Origin: Amoebophrya sp. A120
Taxonomy: Eukaryota; Protista; Dinoflagellata
Length of the DNA stretch: 64,000 nt
Assembly: GCA_905178155.1 (NCBI GenBank)
Contig: CAJINV010000006.1
Coordinates: 2,026,230 to 2,090,229, forward strand
Direction of reading: 5' to 3'
Shown here: in pieces, positions 1-12,893 of the stretch
Layout: every line of letters starts with the position of its first letter
Position numbering within the stretch: the stretch's first letter is position 1
The notes under the pieces: generated by a model
What the model saw: the letters and a program-made list of their open reading frames with translations, nothing else
The model's database searches: none
What the model was told of the DNA's origin: nothing
Program-made: the position numbers and the translations under genes

Positions 1-3000
1 TGGAGCAGTTTGGCGTAACGCAGAAGAACAGCAGCGACTCGGGGGTGGAACTATGAACTGCAAAAGTATCGTACTCGTATAAATGCATTACAAATTTTCT
101 CAGCATGAGAAATAAAATTTGTAATGCAGATATCCCTTGGAAACAAGATTTGTAATGCAAGACTTGCATTTGTACGAGTGCGATACTTTTGCACAGGATA
201 GGAACGGTCCCGAGACCACGTCGACGCGCGCCTGGACCCCAACCGTTTCATATTGCACTGAAAAATGCCCCCACCCCGGAATTTGCAAAAGTTTCTCATG
301 CATAAGGTTTTCAAATGAAAAACTTTTTGTCTATGCATGAAGGGACTACGAGTCTTTCTGATGCAGAATCTAGGTGCGCAAGGTATCTTCTGCCTGACAG
401 ATCCGGCTGCTGTTGGGCTCCTTTGCAACACAAATTTACGCTATTCAGCATGGAAAATTTGTGATGCCGATATATGCAAGACGGGGAAAGTTTGCATTGG
501 AAAGGTTAGCAATGCAAATGCTGCCAATTTCTGAGGTGGGGGCATTTTTCATTGTAATACTTGAGCCAATTAACCGGGAAAAAGCTTTCCGCCAAGGAAA
601 AATTTCGGCGAATGTTCAAGAGCATGGCCGTGTCGCACGCGGACAAACTGCGCAAGGAGCTGTTTCGCTTGGATTTGTGCTTGCACCGGCTCTATCAAAT
701 GCAAATATGGATCTGGGTCTGGAAACTTGTAATGCTGAGTTGTGAATAGTGATTTCTCGTCTGTAATGCGCAGCCAAGCGTGAGAAATATTTCCGCGCCG
801 GCTTCGTGTTGCGCTTTCCGCATGACAAACTGCGTTTTGCATGACAAGCAAAAGGGTCTCTTCTTGGACACGCATCACAAGCTCTTCAGTCTTGCCAGAT
901 CGAAGCATAACAAACCTTGCATCGTTCCAGACCCAGACACATTTGCATTTGATATGCTCACCGAAATGGATGAGGAAGCCGGGGAATCGGGGCTTGAGCG
1001 GTGGAAAAGCTTTCTGATGGGGCACAAGCAGCTTCTGGACGCCTCCGGAGCTGCATCAGCGCCTCCGGCCGGCGCGAACGTTAGCGCCCCCTCCTCACAG
1101 TTGTCAATAAATCCGCGGGCCCAGAACGAGGGGGGGCCGCCGAGCAACGCAGACTCTGGCATGACGCACACTTCTTCTACATTGCAGCCGCTCTCCTCGG
1201 ATCAGAGCCGCTCGTCCAAAAATTCCAACGCGCTCCGAAGAAGGCCAGCTGATATGAGCAAGCTGGCTTCTATGGATGTGTCAGAGTTGAAATCGACAAA
1301 GTTGAAATAATTTGCCATGCATAAAATGGATGCGAGTTGGAACCCAGTTTTGCAACTGGCGCATGACAAATCTCGGTGGTCCCTCGAGCCAGTTTGTCAT
1401 GCTGTTTAGGGAAAGAAGGGTGGTTTTCTCATGCTACTTTAGCAGCTCGAGCTGTAACCCCAAACAGGCTTACACCTGCTCTGCAACACACGTGCCTCGG
1501 GTCATGCGTTTTATGCATGACAAATCATTTTTTCAACTTTGTCGATTTCAAGCCTGACGCTTCCATAGCTTCCTCAAGGTTGGTCCCGACAGCGACCACA
1601 TCCACAAATACGGGCGGCAACCTTATCAACTGCAAAAATGACTGGGTCTGGAAAGTTGGAACTTGTGATGCTAACTTTGGACTCTAGAAAAATCTGTATT
1701 GCATGACTAGCAAGAGGAGTCCAGTTTCTGCTACGCGGAGAGGCCATTTGTCATGCCGAATAGGCATCAAGAAGCACTCAGAAAATCTGTGATGCCAGGG
1801 AATACATCACAGACGTCACGGGCCATATAAAATCTGCATGAGAAGTTCGCATCCCTCCAGACCCAGATGACACTTTTGCATTTGATAAACCTTACCCTAA
1901 ACACCATGTCGACGACGTCAGCGGGAGCAGGTCTGAACAAAATGAAGAACGGAGGGGGGGTCGGCGGGGCCCCGATTTTTCCGGCTACTTCTAGCGGCAC
2001 GACTAGTGGTGCCAACATGATACAAGAGCAGTATATGAAGGCCAAATTTGAGCAGATGATGGAGCAGCAGCAGCAGCGCAGCGACCTGCAGATCAGTAGC
2101 CAAGCTTTGCGCGCCGGCCCTGCTACAACTAGTGGCGCCTCCTCATCGTCGGCGTCCAAAGAGCTTGGGCCTGCCATGGTCATGTCCCCGCGTGGTGGAG
2201 GTGGTCCAGACGGTGGTGGGAAAGGAAATGATACACCCACAGCAACTGCCACAGCCCCGCCGGTGTCAGCGGCTCTGGAACGCATCAAGCGGCAATCCAA
2301 GTCTGCGCCGCCCGGCCTGGATCCGGGCATGATGGGACTGCCCGTCGGAGGAGATTCGGGATCGGGCGACGTGGCCGCGTCTCCAAGGGACGGTGGGTCC
2401 TCCAGCTCTTTCATGAGCCAGCAGCTGCAGCAACAGTTCGGGTTCTCGACTCCCACGGGGATGGACGACGAGGGCGACAACTCCGACTACTTTGACGTCA
2501 CCGGTCAGCACACGCCGCGCGAACAACAGGAACAGCACAGCATTACGCATTGCAAATAAATATGTCTGGGTCCTCTGGAAGAGTTGCAACTTGTGATGCA
2601 AACTCTGGGACACACAAAGATTTGTGTTGCATGAGCACCAAAAGCTGCCCATTTGCATTTCTACTTGCTACTTACGCAAGTCGACAGTTTCTCATGCGGG
2701 GCAGGCAGCAAGATGCGTCTGCAAGCCTGTAATGCTTTTGCGTGCATAAGACACCACTTGGGTGGTCCGAGAGGTGCATAACAAACAAGCGCACTCTTCC
2801 AGACCCAGACATATTTGCAGTGCATAAGCCTGCAGCAGGCGCAATTTGGCAGCCCTTTTTTTGGTCCACCCCCCGGAGGTCCGGGCTTCGACCCGAATTT
2901 CGATCCCGCTTATTACCAGCAAATGATGGCGGCGCATCATGCGCACATGCAGCACATGATGCAGCTTTACGCCGCAAACCAGCAGAGTGCCATGTCCGGC

Positions 3001-4485
3001 GACACTAGCACCACCGGCGTAAGCTACTCCTTTCAACCGCAACCCGGGGCCATGCAGTTGCCTCCCCCGGGTGCATATCCTCTGCAAAAGTATCGTACTC
3101 GTATAAATGCAAGTCTTTGTCTTGCAGCATTACAAATCTTGTTCGCAAGGCAAATGTGCATTACAAAGTCTATTTCTCATGCTGAATGAATTTGTAATGC
3201 ATTTATACGAGTACGATACTTTTGCAATGCATAGTGCAGGTGGTCCGCCCAATCCGGGAGACCCAAATCAGTACGCCGCCTACCTTATCAAATGTAAAAA
3301 TGTCTGGGTCTGGAAGATTCTGAGACTTGTCATGCAGGTTTTCTAGGACCCATGAGGTGTGGTATGTAGGACATAGCATGACAGATTGCGTGAGGGTTCT
3401 ATCATGCCTATCCTGCATGAGAAACTGCCTCCCGATTAGGTCAAAAATGGACAGCTTTTGGTAATCATGCAACACAGATTTTTGCATGCTTCAGATTTAG
3501 CATGACAAGTTGCATTCTTCCAGACCCAGACACTTTTACGTTTGATATACCTGGCCGCGCAACAGGCTTATATGGTGGCGATGGCGGGGACGACCGCGGG
3601 GGGTGCGATATGCAATTTTGCAAATATCGATCTGGGTCGTCTGGAAGGTCGTGATGCAAGCTTGTCTTTCTAAATATAAAAATCTGAACTTATCGTACAA
3701 AAACGAAAATCTGTAGTGTTGCATGAGCATGGAGCTGCGGCAAAAACTAGCCAAATGACAGCGACGATAAAAGCGAGAAGTTTCTAATGCGGTTGCGGAA
3801 CAGGCAAATCACAATAATGCTCTTGCACGACAAAGATAAAGAACTTCTGTGACGCAGCAGCTTCGAGATGAAGGTGCATTTTTGTAGTTCTAGATTATTT
3901 TTGTATTTTAACACCAGATGTTCTTCTTGGACATGACAACCCTTGCGCGACTCCTTTTTCCACCCCCAGACACATTATTTCCCATCGATATAAAAATGCG
4001 AACATCAATCGCAATAGCGGGGGGAAGAACAGGAGCAGTGGGCCGTCCGCGAGCAGCACAGCCTCTATTAACTGTAAAAATGTCTGGGTCTGGAAGCATT
4101 CATGTTTGTCATGCTTGTCTGGCATGACTCTGAAATCTGTCATGCACGTTACCCAAGAGCTCCGTTTTTCATTTTCTGTGATGCAGAAGCGCAGTTTGTC
4201 ATGCAGAATAGGCAACACCTAGGAGCTCAGAAACTTGTCATGCTGAGCCAGCATTTGTAGCCTCATGATGAGACGCTGCCCAGCATCACAAGTTTCCAGA
4301 CCCAGACACTTTTACATTTGATAGCCTCCGGGGGCCAGCAAATTAAAACCAGCAGTAGAAGGAGCCAGAAAAACAATAAAGTGCAGATCACCGCAAGCGA
4401 CTCAGAAAAACAAATATGCAATACAAATTTATTGCACTTCCTCCCGTACTATAGGGATAACTACACGACGACGACGCACAAATAA
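1..4485 (+). CDS. 5'-partial gene, low-complexity S/G/Q/P-rich hypothetical protein, 10 introner introns
   Basis: Removing each TAT..ATA element plus 5 nt joins one frame: ..DPNRF|SQLTGKK..LHRL|TEMDEE..KLAS|SRLV..GGNL|TLNTM..|QQAQFG..PPGA|GGPP..AAYL|AAQQ..GGA|NINRN..STAS|GGQQ..; TAA at 4483-4485 (3' end uncertain). Confidence 0.75.
52..200. mobile_element. Introner B (TIR tat....tgcaaaagtatcgtactcgta, ~150 bp)
   Basis: TAT..ATA, TSD ggaac/ggaac. Confidence 0.9.
251..559. mobile_element. Introner C (TIR tat..aaaaatccccctcccc, ~310-340 bp)
   Basis: TIR; diverged TSD tttca/cttga. Confidence 0.8.
693..954. mobile_element. Introner A (TIR tatcaaatgcaaaaatgtctgggtctggaa, ~260 bp)
   Basis: TSD ggctc/tgctc. 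Confidence 0.9.
1271..1567. mobile_element. Introner I (TIR tatgga..gtcag..tgaaat.gacaaa, ~300 bp)
   Basis: TSD gcttc/gcttc. Confidence 0.9.
1624..1887. mobile_element. Introner A
   Basis: TSD aacct/aacct. Confidence 0.9.
2544..2826. mobile_element. Introner A
   Basis: TAC..ATA, TSD agcat/agcct. Confidence 0.85.
3076..3233. mobile_element. Introner B
   Basis: TSD gtgca/gtgca. Confidence 0.9.
3286..3547. mobile_element. Introner A
   Basis: TSD tacct/tacct. Confidence 0.9.
3609..3996. mobile_element. Degenerate introner A
   Basis: Decayed TIRs; TSD tgcga/tgcga restores frame. Confidence 0.65.
4066..4323. mobile_element. Introner A
   Basis: TSD gcctc/gcctc. Confidence 0.9.
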
Positions 4486-7184
4486 TACAAAACGCATGAC
4501 AAGTATCTTCGCTAACATATTTTTACTACACTAGATCTCTGTCATTCTGAAAAGCATTTTTGAAGAAAAGCGCGGTCATGCAGAAATTGCATTTTTACTT
4601 GTGATTGTGTCAACTACTGTCGTGTACCAGTAGTACTACGGGAGTAAATTTCCTGTGGATAGGAAAGTGCAGAGCAGCAGCCAACAGGGGCAAAGGGCGG
4701 GGCAGTCGGCGGCGGGGGGAAAAAGCAGAACAAGTAAAGAACACAGCTGGTCGAAGATGATATGAACGCACTCAGCATTTTCTTCTTCTTCTTCTTCCTC
4801 TTCTTCAGCAGCAGTAGTAAACACACAAGGTGGTCGGGAGGTTGAGTGAAAATTCAAATGCCGACTGTACTTGTTCTGGGTGAAAAAAACTGTGTTGACT
4901 TTTTGCGGATTTTTCCTTTTAGGTGCGCGCCAGTTATAGTACTAGCTGCTCGATTTACATTTACATTTACACAATTTTTCGGGCTGCAGCTCCGTTGTTC
5001 TGCGACACTAGTTAGTATGCTATATTCCTTAGTTCGAGGATATACCTTATTGGTTCTTTATTTCATGTCGCAATCATTATCATTTGTTCTCTATTACTGG
5101 ACGGCTTTCATAAGTACTTATCCACCGCGCTCCCGGAGGTCGATCGTGGGAGCAGCAGTGTAGGTGCTGCTGAAAATAATCTTTGAAGCGCTTGTAGTTC
5201 TTCATGTACCACGGACAAGTACCTGCTGTCGTCCGTGGTGCTCTTCATTTGATGTACATCAACTTCTATATCTATTGTTCATCGATTCTTGAAAACAAAA
5301 TCAAAACCTAAACTGCTGCACAAATTTATCAATTTTCCATCTTATACATCATTTCATTCAGTACGTGCGCATTTTTCTTTCTTTCATTTCTACACTTTAT
5401 ACGCATTTATCATTTTAGTGCAGCAGGGCGAGCTGCAAGATGAAGAACGGATTTTTATACCTCATCCACATATCGTTATCGTTTTTTTCTCTACAAATAT
5501 CCACCATCTTCAAGACGAAAAAGCTCGTAGCCCGCATGACGTTATGCCGGTCGCTCTAGTACTATTTTTATCGTATGTCGTCCTCGTCCTCGTGCACCAG
5601 TCCTGCTCAGACCCTGTAGTACGTTTATCGAACAAACTTCTACATCCCAGAAGCTAGTAAAGGTAAACGGCCCGTCGAATAAAAAAGGAACAGTCACACT
5701 ACGCGTGCCGGTGCTCTTACTCCACTTCAATTGTTACAACTTCACCATGGGGGCCTGTTGATAGATAGTAGTTGTGTGCTCAGTTGTTTTATTTTCATCG
5801 GAGAAAGGCAAAGGAGACGATCTGGTAGTTAAATGCATCTTTTCCAAGAACCTGCAGACAAGTATCCAACAGCAGTAGAACAAGGCGGGAAGAACAACTG
5901 CAGCGGCTTGGTGAAAGCAAGTGCAGTTTTGTTTCTAGTGGTACACGATGAGGACGAGGACAACGACAACCTCAAGTCAAGGCTTCGTGGTCGTGGTGTT
6001 TTCTACACTAAAAAGTGCAGCAGGAATTATTGCGAGCAACAAACTTATTTGCGCGGAACAATATTAAGTACTTGATTGCGAGTGGAAGGAGTAGCTGCTT
6101 ACAGCTTGTTCCTGTTTTCTCTTTTTGTTCACTCATTGGCAAGAACCTGTTGATGTACTGAGACAGCAACATCACTTCTACGACTTAAAAACCACAACTC
6201 CTACACCAGCAACCGATTGGGTTTGAACTTGAAATTAAATTTATGTACTTTCTTATCCCTCGCCAGTTTTTATTTCTAGATTTTAATGTTACCGCCCATA
6301 TTTGTCGTAGGATTTTTCACGACATGTGGTCCTCGTGTAGAAGCTAAGAGGAAATAAACTAGTACATCAAATGCTTGAGCTTCGTTCTGTATATTCCCCG
6401 CGCGCCGAGGGGATAAAGATAAACAGGGTTCTGCTGAGAAGAGGAGGCGAAGAACCAGAAGAGCCAGCAAATATTCAACAACTTCTACCACACGCATTAA
6501 CAAGCACACAGGGAGGACGAGAAGCTACTAGTAGAAGAAGAGCTTCGCCGCGCATACAACAGTAGTTGGAAATTTCGCAACGATCAAAAAATCTTCTGTC
6601 CTCACGCAAGAACTACATAAAGCCCAAAGAACGCGCTCTTGTGCCAGGCCTTCTCCGAGTCCGCCCGCGGCATGATCGTGGGCCACCGGCTCGGCCCTGG
6701 TCCGTAGCAGCTGATAATGTATCAGCTCTTGGTGGCTTTATTACTATTGTTCCACACATCACGAGCACTTCTTCTTGAGAATGACACGCTCACGTGACCG
6801 AGGTAGCACGAGCAGGACCCTGCTCTTGTTTCTCAGGAACTACGAAGCTTGTCCGTGTCTGGTCTACTTGTGCTGTTGAGAGTAGTTGTAGTACTTATTA
6901 GTTTATTTCTACCTGCTGTCTCGGTGATGTGCGTTTTAGATGAATGAAAACTATCGCGAGTAGTTGTTGTCCTCGGTCATCAAGAACTGGCGTTCGCATT
7001 GATTAGCAAAACAAACTCGGTTTTTGATTTTGCCGCAAAATTAATTTTTCGGTTTTCTTCTGCGGGTTCGAGGAATAATATGTCGGTTTTATTTTACGTA
7101 CGGTAATTGATTTTGATTTTTCGGTTTTCTTCTGCGGGCTCGAGCACGATGATGCTCTCGGTTACCTCGTTCTTACGATGTGCC

Positions 7185-8471
7185 CGTGCCGAATTTTAGA
7201 TGACATACCTTCGTTCGTCCGCAAGGCATAGTAGCTTCAAAACCTCTGAAAAATGCATTCGTGTCTGCATCTGTGCAAAAGGTAGTGTCTCGGATTCCCG
7301 AAGCGCTTGAAAGTACGCACGGCTGGCACTTAAATGCTGCGGCTGTTTTCGGACCTCCGGGACCTTGGCTTGTAGAAATCCCCGGCACTGGTGGTCCGTA
7401 GCTTCGAGTGCTTAGACGCCAATTTCTCAGCGGGCATGGTACTCACGCCGTCGCCCGCCCGGGTGCGAGGGTGTGTCTGCAGTGGTTGTTGCAGGCCAAT
7501 TTGCAATGTTTTTTGTGGCGCGTCTCGGACGGCTGACCGCAAGACACCTCAACCGGCCTGAGTCTAGCGCTATGGCCGGCATTGGTGGCCTTCGCGGTTA
7601 GGCGCCAGAATTAGAGCGCATCACGCTGGGCTGTGTTTTACCCTGGCCCCGGTTTTTCTCTTACGCTTGGTTTCAGTGTGTTTTGCCCCAGTGCCTCTCT
7701 GACATTCTCCGCCCGGCCCTCTTTCTGGCGGCGGCGCTTTCGTTCTGCTTGGAGCCTCACGCGCCGTTTGAGTGCGGCGAGCTCCGATGCGTTGACGGCC
7801 AGCCAAAGGTCTTGGATTTGCATCCGAGCAACCATGAGGGCAAGTGCCGGCCTCCCGGGAAATAGCCTCTGGGGGTCGTCCTTGGGGGTTCAAGAATGGG
7901 GTATCCGACATTTTGCTCCGATGCATTTTCTCCATCGTGATTCGCTTCAGAAAAAAACGCATCGGTGCACTTTTTGTCGAGGTTCTTGTTAGATGTATTC
8001 TATTGGACAACATTGGATCTCGTCCGATCTGCTCTGATGGAGACAGGGATGCGTTTTTCGGATCGAAGCCCTGGGCCTTGAGTGCCTTTGGAAGGACCGC
8101 TAACGAACCTGAAGAGGTCCATCAGGGCAACTCACGCGAGCCTGGGGGCATTGCTCTCAGCTTTGCTGACGAAATCAAGGAAAACAATTCCCAGATCCCT
8201 GATCCGGAAAACGCATCCGTGTCTCCATCCGAGCAAAATGCATCACCAGCAAACTTGCTCCGCTACGGTTTTCTTTTACGGAGGCAGGGGTGTGCTTTTC
8301 GGATCAGAGATTCGGGCAAGCAAAGTAGCGAACTTGCTCTAGTGCCTTCTTTACTGCTTCGCTCTTTGTAAGACGGCTTGGTCTCTCTCCAAATGCATCA
8401 GAGCAACCTCGTGCCGAATTTGAGATGACATACCTTCGTTCGTCCGCAAGGCGCAGTAGCTTCAAAACCTC
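7185..8471. repeat. ~1.16 kb GC-richer insert between two ~62-bp direct repeats
   Basis: cgtgccgaattt.agatgacataccttcgttcgtccgcaaggc..agtagcttcaaaacctc at 7185-7246 and 8410-8471. Confidence 0.8.
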
Positions 8472-8937
8472 CACCTCTCGTCGTGTAGTTTTGCAGCTCC
8501 GTACAACTTACTTCTAGTACGTAGATAAAGCTCGGCTGGTGCTTGCCATTCCGATTTTTGATGCGACGGCACAGGTCCCCCGGAGACGGACGACCCAGAG
8601 GACATCATAAATTGTTGCAATTCAACATACAAAATTCAACTTTCAACTTTCATCAGTATAAAAACCATTCGAGTGTATTCCTTTTCGTCACAAGCAGAAT
8701 CAATCTTCGCTGCAGTTGTTACGCGGTCGACGTTCACAACGTTGTATAGAAGGACAACTTCACGACTCGAAAGCGATTACTACTTAATCAGTTAGTGACC
8801 TGGTGTCTGCCGAAGTACTAGACGAACCGGTGGATAAAGTTTTTGCAGCATAATTTCAAGTACTTACAACAACATCGACAATTCCAAGTACAACAAGATC
8901 GACAGTTCTTGTCTCTCGGAACTACAAGCGGAAAAAG

Positions 8938-9183
8938 TATGACAGTGCACAACTAGCCCTACCCCTCATTTGTAATGCAAAATCCCAAAACCATAACCAG
9001 CTGCAGCTCCAGCTGCTGCCTTGTAGCACTGGTTGCATGACAAATCCTGGAAGGTCAAACAGCACTACGCTCCAGTGCAAATTTGTCATGCAAAGCCGGC
9101 ACTGTTGCTGCTGCTTTTACTATTGCCGTTCATGCTATGCAAATGGAAATGAGGGGGAGCAGGGGGAGTTGTCCACTGCCATA
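8938..9183. mobile_element. Introner E (TIR tatgacagtgcacaactccccctcccctcatttg), upstream of gene 2
   Basis: TIRs present, no recognisable TSD. Confidence 0.75.
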
Positions 9184-9215
9184 CTCCTCGTTTTCTCGGA
9201 AGAACCGGTCGATCA

Positions 9216-9520
9216 TATCAAGATGAAAAATGCCCCCTCACATCGTCCAAAGCGAAATTTGTGATGCCGGATACATCTTTGTCTTGCAGTATGAAATCGC
9301 AGGTAGACGATTGTAAGTCTGGCGTGCTAGGAATGACAATGAAGTTGTTTGCGTAGTATATGTAATAGCTGATTTGCTGCATGATAGATGGCTGCCATGA
9401 AGTAGGTCCAACAACATCGGAATTCCACCGCGCAATTCGACGGACACCTCTGGCGTTGTCTTGCTGCAACGCAGATTTCCGCTTTAGGATGTTGGAGAGG
9501 GGTGATTTTGCCCCACGATA
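9216..9520. mobile_element. Introner C, upstream of gene 2 ATG
   Basis: TSD gatca/gatga. Confidence 0.75.
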
Positions 9521-9563
9521 GATGACACAAAAAATAGTGGCTTCGTCTTCAGCGTTAGGAGCC

Positions 9564-10648
9564 ATGAGCGGAAGGCCGGGAAGGAAGGTTGTGGTGGCTG
9601 CCCTGTGCGTGCTGTCGGAGCAGGGGGCGCTCGGAATGGACCAGCAGCAGCTTCAGAACACGAAACCAGGACAAGAAAGCTGGAGCGATAAACACCCTGG
9701 AGTAGCTTCGCGATTTGGTGGAAAGGGAGGCTATGATTACATAACCGCCAGCTTTGAGCCCGCGTTCGGCGGGCTTGCGGGCTTGCAAGCTGCGGATGTC
9801 GATGTCAAAAACATTCTGGAGAAGCACAAGAACGATTCTCGCGGCTACAGCGAAAATGCGCGCAACGCCCTTGACGAAGTGCTCAAAAAAGTGACTTCGA
9901 AGACCAAGGCAAAAAGTCCCAAGTTTGCCGACCAAGTGCCTGTGGCTTTGTCCGGCAAGAGGAAATCGGCGGAGGAGTTCAAAAAGAAGCTCTGGGGGCT
10001 TATCGAAGGCGGTGAGTTCGGTGCCGACACGAAACAAGCGAAGGACAGCGGAAACGATTCTTCTGCCGCAAACCAAGATGGTTCTGGTCCTGAAGAACCG
10101 CAAGCAGCTGGTACGATATTTTTGAGTAGGAGCCACTTAGTTTTCCACTATGCGTCCCGAAAATCAAGACCGTGGTACTTAGAACATGCCCAAAAACCAA
10201 CGCGTGAGCCTGGTGTCCACAGATAAACCACGACTCACATCAGCGTCACCCTTGTAGAGTATTAGAGAGAAGACCTAGCTGCAAACGTGTGTAGCTTGCT
10301 GTTTTCCTTGGCTGTTACAAGGCCCCCGGGACGTCCTCGGCCTGCAAGGCGCACCACAGCAAAGGGTCGCGCGCCATTTTTTTTTTACCATTCGCGTGGT
10401 GGCCGAGGCATTTGTGGAGCAGGCAGCCTCTCGAAAATATCAAATGTAACTGCGCAGGCGCAGCTCCGGGCCCCGCAATGGAAATGTCGCTGGACGGTGA
10501 TGGCGATGGTGATGGCGATGGCGATGGCGATGGTGAAGGCGCAAGCGATATCGCCGCGCAGTACGCGGGCCTCGGTATTGTGAAAGGCCTTCTAGCGTCA
10601 TGCGTTTCCCTTTCTTTTTTTATTTGGATGAGGAGTTCATTTGGATGA
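9564..10648 (+). CDS. Small secreted/surface protein with signal peptide, (DG)n linker and GPI-like hydrophobic C-terminus; canonical GT-AG intron 10111-10457
   Basis: MSGRPGRKVVVAALCVLSEQGALG N-terminus; gctg|gtacg..tgcgcag|gcgca joins in frame to GAAPGPAMEMSLDGDGDG..GLGIVKGLLASCVSLSFFIWMRSSFG*. Confidence 0.65.
10492..10540 (+). repeat. (GATGGC/GATGGT)n coding microsatellite, Asp-Gly repeat
   Basis: Tandem hexamers. Confidence 0.85.
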
Positions 10649-12732
10649 GGAGGCGATGCAGAATAGCTTTCTTCGCCCCCGATCGCGACGCCGCTATGGT
10701 GGCTCATTTGTCTGCGTAGTGATATTGTGCGAAGTCACTGGTAGTGCTCCCATCGTTTTTTTTTAAGCAAGGACATGGGCGAAGGACCCCTCGCCAGGTT
10801 TTTTTTTTTCTGGCGGGGGACGCCCGAAAAGCAAAACACGCAAAGAGAAAATTTTTCGAAGTTGATTACTCATATCTGCACAGGCGCTCACGAAATTCAC
10901 GACATCAGCAAACAGGATGACGATCCGGAGCCCGGGAGCCAAGGTAGCGTTTCTCTGACGCCGTGCTAGTTTCTTTTTCTTTTATTTTCTTTTCCGTCAT
11001 GATTTTCAGTACATTTTGGCTGGATGGGGATGCAAGGTGACGAACGCCGGCCCCATTCCCGACTCAGCTAACATGCCTTGCCGTGCGCGTCGCTTCTTGT
11101 TTGTAAAACCGCTGGCGGCCAGCTCAAAAAGCCTGCGAAAACAAGACGCACACCACCAGCACAGAATTGGCGGGCCACTGGCAGAGAGGACGCCGCACCA
11201 ACTGGAACTGCCAGCCCGCATGGGCTGCTACGCTGGTTCGCGGTGGCGCGACTAGGAAAGGAAGCGCGCCGCGCTGTATCCTGTTGTGGGCGATGTCTCT
11301 GCAGACTTGTTGGCAGCTGCCTCCCCCCCCCCGCGGCCGGGTCGGTGGGACAACCATGGTAGCCTCGGCCGAAGCGCCCTCGCGCCGGCCGGCCCCATGC
11401 TCCCTCGGCAGGAGCGCGCTGTGGCCTTGTCCCTGCCCGCCGGGCAAAAACAAGGCGCGCGTATATTTCGTCTTTGTCTTGCGAACCGCGCATACCAAAT
11501 GCCGGAGGGCATGCCATGGGCCTTGGGCAAGAAAGATGGCCTGAACACGCGTAGCATTTGGCCCACAGGACAGCGAATTCTGCCAGGCGTGTGGCACGTT
11601 GGCTGCTGCAGTTTGCTTCTCATGTAATTAGACCGCGGACTGGCCTGCACTATGATCGAGAAACGCATTGCCCCGCAAAACCTGTTTTAGGCATTTTCTG
11701 CGTTTTCTTGCCTTAGATCTCGAAATGCCAGGGGGTGGCCTCCCCAGCCCCCGGGCCTCCCGGGTGTGTGATGCCTGTGTGCCTATTGGGGTCTGTTACC
11801 TACGAAGCGCGCCGCGCTGGTAGTGCGGGCGTGATTGGTAAGCAAATAGTGCCTGACTACTTAGCAAGCGCAAGTAGTGATAACTACTTGCGTTGGCCTC
11901 AAGCTTCCACGCCGAGCCACGTTTGTGGCCGGTGTCGTGGCTAGGTAGCCACCCCTGGTCCCTGCTGCTACCTCTGAACAAACACAAACGCGCGCCGTAG
12001 CCGTTACCGCCCGAGAGCAGACTGCGCTTTTTGTCTAGCCCGACCGCGCTCCGTCAGTCATGAGATTAGGGGGGAAAAAACGTTGCGGCCGTGCCTTAGA
12101 CCAAAGACGCGCCCTATCTCCACGCAGGCCCTGGCTACTCCCCGCTCAACGTTGAAGAACCTGCCGGCACCAAAGCGAAATGGTGGAAGGGGCGGAACTG
12201 TTATGGCTGAGCAAGATAATAAGTGGCCAGGAGTTTCTTGCGATCGCGCAGGCGGTTGCGTGGAGAGAAAGCAAGAGGCCCGCGCATTGCTTGCACAGGT
12301 TGCAAAGGCTGCCCATAGTGCAAAGCCAACCTTTGTGGCGGCCTGTGTCTGCATTTGTTTAAGGCCTCACTCTGCAGCGTTGCAGCACACACGGCAGACG
12401 CCGCGGCCTGCGCCGCTTTCGCAAGATCGTTCAGAAAGCTGCTGGCCGTTTGTTATTTTGCTCAGTCATAGCCAGTGGGACTGGCTTGCGAAAACGGGCC
12501 AAGGCGCTTCCGAGTTTCGCACGCACCGCGGCCAGCGCCTGCTCGTGTGACTTGAGCCACCGTCGTACTCGTCAAGCATGCATGTTTTTACACGGAATGG
12601 CGGCGCAAGAAGATCCGCACTAGCACGCTTTTTCAGTAGGCTGAGGGGAGGCCTTCCTCTACTACGGTATCCGACACTTCGGTCCGCCAAATTCCATCCT
12701 CCCGCACCACCACAAAGGCCCACCAGATTTTG

Positions 12733-12893
12733 TATCGACTGGAAATATGTCTGGGTCTGGATCACTGCAAGAGTAGGTCTCGCAAGGCCCAGAACCAGAA
12801 GCAAGGACTGGAAGCATGGCCGATTTATTCATAATGCGTGTGATGGCAGGTCTTGCACTCTTCCCGACCCAGGCACATTTGCACTTGGTGATA
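12733..12893. mobile_element. Internally deleted introner A
   Basis: Both A-type TIRs, 161 bp, no TSD. Confidence 0.65.

Noticed and set aside
11031-12002. Partial dinoflagellate spliced-leader matches (cattttggct; ccgtagcc)
   Set aside because: Only 8-10 nt each and far apart; expected by chance
11006-12600. Overlapping ORFs in a GC-rich block
   Set aside because: Open in many frames because of GC content; no motif, termini or TSD identified; probably a repeat relic
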